Positions 7,984 through 15,500 of a DNA stretch of 20,000 nt are shown here, in pieces. The DNA is from an uncultured virus (IMG/VR IMGVR_UViG_3300042863_002994) (taxonomy: Duplodnaviria > Heunggongvirae > Uroviricota > Caudoviricetes): IMG/VR virus record IMGVR_UViG_3300042863_002994; one strand, given 5' to 3'. Position 1 is the stretch's first letter. Every line of letters begins with the position of its first letter. The notes beneath the pieces were generated by a model. The model made no database searches and had not been told where the DNA came from. It worked only from the letters and a program-made list of their open reading frames with translations. The position numbers and the translations under genes are program-made.

Positions 7984-8148
7984 ATGCCTAAAATACCTGA
8001 AGATAAGAGAAAAGTAAAAATATCTATAAGCATAGATAGTGAATCAAATAGTAAGTTAGAAAAACTTACTATCGATAAAAAATTCTATAAAAAATCAAGA
8101 TTAATTGATTTTATAATTAAAAAATATTTAGAAGAAAATGATAATTAA
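7984..8148 (+). CDS. Ribbon-helix-helix (CopG/Arc/MetJ-like) DNA-binding protein, 54 aa
   Basis: Hand translation: MPKIPEDKRKVKISISIDSESNSKLEKLTIDKKFYKKSRLIDFIIKKYLEENDN. It shows an alternating beta strand KVKISISID, a first helix, then the KSRLIDFIIKKYL second-helix signature. It is shorter than any ORF in the track, and its stop overlaps the M16 start. Confidence 0.8.
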   Translation: MPKIPEDKRKVKISISIDSESNSKLEKLTIDKKFYKKSRLIDFIIKKYLEENDN

Positions 8149-9244
8149 TTTAAAAAGCGAAAATGAACTTTCTGGTTTCTATATAGTCTATGAGGGCTCT
8201 ACAAACCTTGAAAATAAAGGAAATTTTGGGATCTCACATTTACTAGAGCACCTCATGACAAAAAATTTTGATCATCTTTTAGATGATTTTGATAGAGATG
8301 CGATTTCATGGAATGCCTATACCGACTATAATTTAATAAATTTTTATTTCACTGGATTGGAATCTAAATTATCTAAATATCGTGAAAAGATTATTGAATT
8401 AATGTCTAACTTTAATGTCACTAAAGAACAATTTGAAATTGAGAGAAATATCGTTCTCTCTGAATATGAAGATGTTTTCAATGATCAATCACAAAGTCAC
8501 TATCTTAATTTGTATAGAAAATTATTCAATGATTATGATCCAATAGGTTTAAGAGAGGATTTAGAGAAACTAACATTTATTGATTGTTTGAATTTCTATG
8601 AGAAACAATATATGAATCCAAGTAAAGTAATTAATGTATCGAAAAATTTTAAATTCAAATCTAATGATATTGATTTTATAAATCGTGATATAGTAAAGAA
8701 TTTGAATTATGGTAATCATGATGTACCACTTGAATTAGGAAACCAATTCAAAGATAAAACATCTGTTATACTTTTATCACCGGTTGTCAATGAAAATTGG
8801 AATTATGTTAACTTTATTAATGCAATGTTATCTATGGGATTGAAATCTCCTTTATATAGCGAAATAAGAGAAAAATTAGGATTGGTTTATTTTATACATT
8901 GTTATCAAAGTAGAATGAATAAAGATGGATTGGTTAATATATCTACATTAACAAATAATAAAAATGTAAATCAACTCTTGGATGGATTGAAAAAAGTTTT
9001 AAAAGATAAAGACAAGATATTCACAAAAGAAAGATTCAATATAGTAAAGGATTATTATTCTATACGTAAACAGAAAGAAGAGATATTAAGATATGATAAT
9101 ATCAATTCACATTTGATTCCAGATGGATGGAGCACTTATGATATTTTAGATAAAGTAAAAATTAAAGATCTCTTAGATATATATGATCAATATTATAATT
9201 TTGATAATTTTTACATATCAAGTGATAAAAAAGAATTCAAGTAA
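8138..9244 (+). CDS. M16 family (insulinase/pitrilysin-like) zinc metallopeptidase
   Basis: Inverted zinc motif HxxEH (GISHLLEHLM), WNAYT, downstream ERNIVLSE containing the third ligand, and the C-domain motif SPLYSEIREKLGLVY. Confidence 0.93.
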   Translation: MIINLKSENELSGFYIVYEGSTNLENKGNFGISHLLEHLMTKNFDHLLDDFDRDAISWNAYTDYNLINFYFTGLESKLSKYREKIIELMSNFNVTKEQFEIERNIVLSEYEDVFNDQSQSHYLNLYRKLFNDYDPIGLREDLEKLTFIDCLNFYEKQYMNPSKVINVSKNFKFKSNDIDFINRDIVKNLNYGNHDVPLELGNQFKDKTSVILLSPVVNENWNYVNFINAMLSMGLKSPLYSEIREKLGLVYFIHCYQSRMNKDGLVNISTLTNNKNVNQLLDGLKKVLKDKDKIFTKERFNIVKDYYSIRKQKEEILRYDNINSHLIPDGWSTYDILDKVKIKDLLDIYDQYYNFDNFYISSDKKEFK

Positions 9245-9732
9245 TGGATCCATTTCTTTGTGGTAAGTTCAAATCAAATAGAAATGTTGTCAATACTTAT
9301 GATATTTTATGTAGTACGGTAAATGCTCTACCAGATATAAAAGTAGCTGATATTGGTATTTATGATAATAAAATTATATTATTTTTAAATATAACAATGG
9401 ATAAGACAACTAAAGAACAAGGACTTTTCTTTTTAATAAGATGTTTAGACAGAAGATATTTCAGATACGAAATTGAACTTAAAGTTACTTGTATGGATTT
9501 AAAATGGGAAAATGGCAATTTACCAATTGTTTATGAATTGCATATAGAAAATGAAAAATACGCTACAATTAAAGAAAAGGTAGATGCTTTTATTAAAAAT
9601 ATGAATGAACATATCAATCACAAAAATTTTATAGATTCATATGATATAGATTTATCAAGATTTAAAATAAGAACCTTAAATGATGTTCGTGATGAAAAAA
9701 TAAAAGAAATATTAGATGACAATAGTGATTGA
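9244..9732 (+). CDS. Hypothetical protein (162 aa) with near-C-terminal VRDEKIKEILD tag
   Basis: ORF track; TAATG translational coupling to the M16 gene. Confidence 0.8.
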   Translation: MDPFLCGKFKSNRNVVNTYDILCSTVNALPDIKVADIGIYDNKIILFLNITMDKTTKEQGLFFLIRCLDRRYFRYEIELKVTCMDLKWENGNLPIVYELHIENEKYATIKEKVDAFIKNMNEHINHKNFIDSYDIDLSRFKIRTLNDVRDEKIKEILDDNSD

Positions 9733-9931
9733 TGAAAAATATGATATACTTTTCAATGAAAATATTAACTTTAAAGAATTAATCGATTCTCATTTAGAGA
9801 GATATACGTGGGAACTTGTGCTTGGGTTGCAGCCATATACACCAGAGATCAGAGAACGTATCAATTCAGAAATAGATATTTTTCTAAAACCATATTTGAG
9901 AAATAAGAAAATTGAATTTTTATTAGATTGA
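9716..9931 (+). CDS. Hypothetical protein (71 aa) with C-terminal LRNKKIEFLLD tag
   Basis: ORF track; overlaps both neighbours in the operon. Confidence 0.75.
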   Translation: MTIVIDEKYDILFNENINFKELIDSHLERYTWELVLGLQPYTPEIRERINSEIDIFLKPYLRNKKIEFLLD

Positions 9932-10644
9932 TAAATTATATTGGTTCAAAATCAAGATTAAAAGATTTTATAATTCCTGAATGTCCTATTAATCCAGATT
10001 ATTGGATTGAACCATTCGGTGGAATGATGTCTTTTTATTTTGAATTGGATTTAAAAGATTATAAAAGAACAAAATTTATTTATAATGATATAAATAAATT
10101 AAATTCTGATCTGTTTATATGTTTAAAGGATAGTAATTTTATAAAAGAATTTAAAAATAAAAAAATCGATTATAATGATTATTTAAAATCCTTTGATTTC
10201 ATAAATTCACAAAGTATTGAAGAAAGATCTATAAATTGGTTGATAATTCTAACTTGTACAAGTCCAAGGAATATTTCAGATAAAAGGTTTATAGGAACCG
10301 AAACATTTGATTTTTTGAAAAAAAGAATATCTTTATATGAAGAACATATTTTAAGATTGGAAATTCATAATAAAGACTATAAAGATATAATTACTTATTA
10401 TGATAAATTTGATGATTCTTTTTTTTATTTAGATCCTCCTTATGTAGGATATGAAAAATATTACAAAAACTCAGATTTTAATGAACACTATGAATTATCA
10501 AAAATTATAAATAATATGAGATCAAATTGGGTTTTGAGTTATTATGATTTTCCAAATATGAAGGAATGGTATGGAAATCATAAAATAAAAAGCAAAAAGT
10601 GGAAAATGTCAACAGAATATTTGATAATCAATAGTTCTTCTTAA
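9928..10644 (+). CDS. dam: Dam-like (D12 class) N6-adenine DNA methyltransferase
   Basis: Motif X YIGSK, motif I EPFGG, motif II IYNDIN, catalytic FYLDPPY, WVLSY and terminal EYLI. The TTG start overlaps the upstream TGA. Target specificity is unknown; the symbol is assigned at family level. Confidence 0.88.
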   Translation: MINYIGSKSRLKDFIIPECPINPDYWIEPFGGMMSFYFELDLKDYKRTKFIYNDINKLNSDLFICLKDSNFIKEFKNKKIDYNDYLKSFDFINSQSIEERSINWLIILTCTSPRNISDKRFIGTETFDFLKKRISLYEEHILRLEIHNKDYKDIITYYDKFDDSFFYLDPPYVGYEKYYKNSDFNEHYELSKIINNMRSNWVLSYYDFPNMKEWYGNHKIKSKKWKMSTEYLIINSSS

Positions 10645-11179
10645 CCCAATCAATAAGTTTAAGTATATTTTTAGAGTTGGTTGGATAATTATCCATTATA
10701 GATTCTAAAAATTTCAACCTACCTTCTTTATATAGATTTCCATATTCTTTATATTCTTCGCCTATTCCCCTTTCCCATTCAAGTAGTTCTTCAAAATCTC
10801 CTTTTACAACACCCATATCCATTTCGCAGAAAATTTCTGATAATTTACTTTTAGGTTCATGTGTCTTGGTATCTAAGATAATTTGTTTTATCTCTAAAAT
10901 ATCAAGATTTGTTTTATCTAAAGAAGAATCCATTAAAAACTTTGCGGACATTTCTTCATTTTGATTACTCATTGGATCATAAACAATATCATGAAAAAGT
11001 GCAGATATAACTAACTTTTCATATTCTTTTTGGGAAAGATCACTTTTTCTCTCATTTATTTTATTTAAAAGGTCTAAAAGATGATTTTGTGAATGATAGT
11101 GTCTATGAGATTCATTCCACATGTTAAGTATTAGATTATAATCTATTTTGATTCCCCATTTATTTAATATTTCTTGCAT
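10628..11179 (-). CDS. HD-superfamily metal-dependent phosphohydrolase (COG4339-like)
   Basis: Motifs RHYHSQNHL, ALFHDIVYDP, NEEMSA, ILDTKTH, EMDM, IGEEY and GRLKFLE. Confidence 0.88.
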   Translation of the reverse strand: MQEILNKWGIKIDYNLILNMWNESHRHYHSQNHLLDLLNKINERKSDLSQKEYEKLVISALFHDIVYDPMSNQNEEMSAKFLMDSSLDKTNLDILEIKQIILDTKTHEPKSKLSEIFCEMDMGVVKGDFEELLEWERGIGEEYKEYGNLYKEGRLKFLESIMDNYPTNSKNILKLIDWVKKNY

Positions 11180-11199
11180 TTCTTGTTTTTTAATTTACT

Positions 11200-11208
11200 T
11201 ATATATTA
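11200..11208 (-). promoter_or_regulatory. TAATATATA putative late promoter overlapping the nucleotidyltransferase stop codon
   Basis: Lies 20 nt upstream of the HD gene ATG 11179. Confidence 0.45.
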
Positions 11209-12459
11209 AAATGTAATTGTGTTTGGATCTTCCTTACCCAGTATGTATGAAACTTTCCTTGAATTTCTAACTACTTCTTTTCTAACAGAAAGTTCCAATA
11301 AAAGTAGATCGTCTTCGTCTAAATTAGAAAAATCTAATTCTTTTAAATTTGATTTTTCCAATAAAGCAATTGCAATTGATTCATCGTGTTTGAATTTATC
11401 CATTAAAGTTTTAATCATTCTTATTTGTTCTGATAGCTTAAGATCTTTAAGATTGGTATATGATTTTGGAGCATTATTTATTATCCTACTAATAAGTTCT
11501 ATATCTTCTAAATCTATAGTGCAGTCGATATAATCTTTTGAAGAAAAAACAATTTTAAGTTTTTTCCAAATAGTTTCGTAGTACTCATTGCCTTTAATAT
11601 TTCTTATCCAGAAAAGCAATTCACTTGTGTAGTATATATTTGAAGTATCGGATTCAACCGATTCTGATATTGTTAGAATAGGATTTAATTGAAACAATTC
11701 AATATCAGGCAATTCATTATTATTGAATATTTCATTCATCTTGCCTAATATTTTTATTTCAAAATGATTTTCAAGAATATTCGAATATTTTCTAAAAATT
11801 GTCAAATACTTTTCCGTGAAATATTTTTTATTAATATCTCTGAATTGTCTTGATATGGCAATTGAACAAATTTCTATTTCAAGATTTGATAAGTTACAAT
11901 TTAGTTCATCTTTCTTTTTTACTAGTCTAATAACTGAATGTGCTGGCGAAAGTAAATTTACTAGCTTTAGATCAGATGTCATTAAAAATTCTTCAAAATC
12001 TTTTGTCCAATAGAATTTATCTTCTTCTATAGAATATCCTATTTGAGTACAATTGATATCAAAAGACTCAATTATTATCTTCAAATCATTTCTAGATGAC
12101 TTATAATATATTTTATTAAAAATTCCTTCATTTTCACATTTGTTTATCCTATAATAATCTTTACAAACTAAAGATGTTGATAATCCATTATAATGAATAT
12201 TAACAGATTTATCTGTTGAAAGATAAGTTAATTTCTCACTTTTTTCACTATTCCATAGTGATGGCACATTATCCGACTTTTTATACTCACCATCATATAT
12301 GAAAACATCAATATCATTTATTATAGCTTTATTATTTGATACAAATTCCCATATTAGATTTGCGAGTGCACCACCTGCAATAAATCCACTCTTGGGGAAT
12401 GGTCTATATGTTTCTCTAAGATGATTTATTGCAGTTCTTCCTAATTCTTCTATATTCAT
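11206..12459 (-). CDS. Pol-beta superfamily nucleotidyltransferase (poly(A) polymerase / CCA-adding head-domain-like) with a helical C-terminal region
   Basis: GFIAGGALAN (class II motif A-like), catalytic NDIDVF, and SFDINCTQIG (equivalent to RDFTINA). Confidence 0.8.
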   Translation of the reverse strand: MNIEELGRTAINHLRETYRPFPKSGFIAGGALANLIWEFVSNNKAIINDIDVFIYDGEYKKSDNVPSLWNSEKSEKLTYLSTDKSVNIHYNGLSTSLVCKDYYRINKCENEGIFNKIYYKSSRNDLKIIIESFDINCTQIGYSIEEDKFYWTKDFEEFLMTSDLKLVNLLSPAHSVIRLVKKKDELNCNLSNLEIEICSIAISRQFRDINKKYFTEKYLTIFRKYSNILENHFEIKILGKMNEIFNNNELPDIELFQLNPILTISESVESDTSNIYYTSELLFWIRNIKGNEYYETIWKKLKIVFSSKDYIDCTIDLEDIELISRIINNAPKSYTNLKDLKLSEQIRMIKTLMDKFKHDESIAIALLEKSNLKELDFSNLDEDDLLLLELSVRKEVVRNSRKVSYILGKEDPNTITF

Positions 12460-12553
12460 ATTTTTTCTTCTATTTCTTTTTTTGTTAATTCGTATAGATA
12501 CTTTTGAATTTGTAAATATAAGTAAAATATCTGAATAGAAAAAAATAAAAGTT

Positions 12554-12562
12554 TTATATATA
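12554..12562 (+). promoter_or_regulatory. TTATATATA putative phage late promoter
   Basis: Lies 9 nt upstream of ATG 12572. Confidence 0.5.
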
Positions 12563-12571
12563 CTGATAATT

Positions 12572-15500
12572 ATGATAACATTACCTGGTAAAGTTTCTTT
12601 TCAAAAAATAGAAGAAAATCTTCCTAATCTTACGCCTGATCAATTGAATAATTTGTTCAGTTCAGTAAGTATTGCGCCAAATAGCTTAGTTGGAATAAAT
12701 TTAAAAGAACTTACTAAAGGAACCGATAAGTCATTTTCAATAAGACTTATGAAATGGGTTGAACCTTATAGAATAGGTGGTTTTGAATGGTCTCTTTTTT
12801 ATACTGAAGTAGATCATAATTTCAAAGTAGGTGATAGATGTTTTATAGAAGGAGGTGTTTATGATTCTGATGCTTTTATAAATCAGAATATTTATAATGC
12901 AGGAGTTGACGGATATAAAGTTCTTTATGTAGATAGAACAAAAATAGTATTGGATATTTCATTTACTGGAGATTTGCCTACTAATGAAGAAGAGATTGAT
13001 AACTTCGTTAAAGTTTATGTTGCTAGCACTCAATATGAATTTGATTTTTATTCTCAAATGTTATCAATGAGAGATGATAGTGGATTAATTGAGAATAGGT
13101 TTCAATTGGGATTGAATAACTTTCTTTATTTGAATGGAACGTTTAGTTCAAATCTAACATTTAATTCATTTGCATCAGATTTTCAACCCTCAGCTACATC
13201 AGCAACACTATCTAATTCTTGGGTGATAAGATCAACTACTGCATCAACTGATTATTTTGTAAATATTACAAATGATGTTCTTACTAACAATATTGTACCT
13301 CTTTTAAATCAATCATTCACTCAGTCCAATTCTGGATTCTTTAATTTAGAGAAATTGAGAATAATGAATTCAAGATTTGTATCTGGTGGTGTTACATTTA
13401 TGAATGAAAGAATATATTTTTATAATGTAGATACTGGAAAATGGCAAGTAGATAAATCTTATTTGCCTACCATTATTACAAAAACACATTTTAAAGATGG
13501 ATTCTTTGGATCAGGAAGTATGAATTCTGGTTTATATGGAGTTCATGAAAAAAGATTGTCTTACAATGGTTCAAATATTCAATGGAATTTAGGAACTACA
13601 TTGAATGTAGATTGGTTAAGTGGAGTTTTGGATTCCACGGTTTATGATCCAGAATCATTTTTCACAATTTTCGATAGAGATGGACTTCCTCAGATAAGAT
13701 CAAACGCTGAGAATAATGGTGGTGCTGGATATAATTATGTTTTCAATACTGAGTTTTCTGGTGGTGATGTTATAAATGGAAATATCTTTAATATGTCCAC
13801 TATAATTGGTGCGAATTCTGCTACTCAATCAACCTTATTGAACTATTATACTGGACAACCACAGAGCTATTCTGTCCAGATAAAAGGAGGAGTTTATTAT
13901 AATTCTGATATTTCTTTTGCTACTATGTCAAATAGTACATTTATTTCATCTTATGTACTTAATTCCTATATAGAAAGATGTAAATCTGTTAACTCAGAAA
14001 TTGAATCATCTGTGTTTTTAAATTCAACTTGGATATCTGATAGAATAGTAAAGATTCAAGCTTATGAAGAAAGTAATATTACTTGGTATGATAAATTTAA
14101 CATTCCTACCGATTATAAGATGTATAAATTCTATGTAAATGATACGAATTGGAGAAGATTAGCAGAATTTCAGAACTTTTACATAGATGGTATAGAAATA
14201 AAAATACCGTCTGATGAACTTCTTAGATTTTTTGATGATAAATTCTCATTTGGACATTGGTCTCAGTCATATGATATACCTGGATCAAAACTACCAAGAA
14301 AAGTTCTGGTTCAGTTATCAACAAAAGAAGAAAATAGAAACTCACCAGGTCAGATTATTTCATTTGATAATGATCTACAACCTAATTTTGATAATCCACT
14401 ACCTTCTATTGATTTATTTATATCAGGTGGTGATGATTTCAATGTTGGATCAACAACATCATATCCAAGAACTTTTATTGGAGAAACAATAGATATTAAG
14501 AATGGTTATATTTTAGATTCAGATTTCATATCTGGATTGTTTAAAGATTCAAGGTGGATAAGTGGTAATTATATGAATTATAATGCAGATTACTCTTTCT
14601 CATCTGGAAGTGGTTATACTGCATCATTAACTGCGTCAACTGCTGAACTTACTTTACAAATAGGTGATAGATTAAGACCAGAATTATTTGGAACATCAAG
14701 TAATGTTTCAACTATAGCTTTCGTTAATGGACTTTGGTATGAGGGAATTGGTCCAAATCTCGTTAAGTTACCAGATGTTTACAAAGTAAATGGAATATCA
14801 GGATCTCCAAGTCAAATATTCTTACAGGATATTGCAACACAATCAGTATTATCAACTATTCTGGATTTCTCAAACCAAACATATTTAAAGACACCTGGTG
14901 CTAAGAACCAATGGAATTACATACATCCTGTTAAATTTGAAAAATCTCAGATATTCTCTGGAGTATTCAGAAGAGCTTATTTTGAAAATTGTTTATTTGA
15001 TAATTTCCAATTTGATCTCGAAGATAAAGATCTTTTAGATGTAACAAATAAAAGAAAGTTATTGGTTTCTGATGTTATTTTCGATGGTGATGGAAACAGA
15101 ATCAAAAGTGGTCTTTTCCAGTATTCACATATGATTTCTGGAAATGAAGACTGGCAGAATGGTATATTCCACAGAGGAGTTTGGAATACCCAAATATTTA
15201 CTTATTCTTTTTCTCCTACATCATCTCTTACATACACAACAAGAGATGTTCCCTTTAAAGATGGTATAATAAGAAATACAACTTGGGAAACAGGTAATTT
15301 CCAAAATGGATTATTCTATAAGAATAATACGAATATTGCTGGCAACTCACAATCTTTAAGTGATGCAAGATTAACATATTACTATGAAGGATTGAACACA
15401 AGATGGTCCTGGAAAAAAGGTGAGTTTATAAATGGTGATTTTGAAAGATCTAATTTTGAAACTGGTACATTTAAAGATGGAAACTTCTATGATTCAGATT

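Noticed and set aside
9244..9732. TYW3-like fold for the 162-aa protein (LCSTVNALPDI start)
   Set aside because: The expected SCxG motif is absent, so the resemblance is too weak to call.
6772..10644. Type II restriction-modification system (endonuclease + controller + MTase)
   Set aside because: The nuclease has homing-endonuclease-like repeat architecture and the MTase is four genes away. This is not excluded but is unsupported.
11219..12013. ORFs 11219-11533(+) and 11816-12013(+)
   Set aside because: Antisense shadows of the nucleotidyltransferase.
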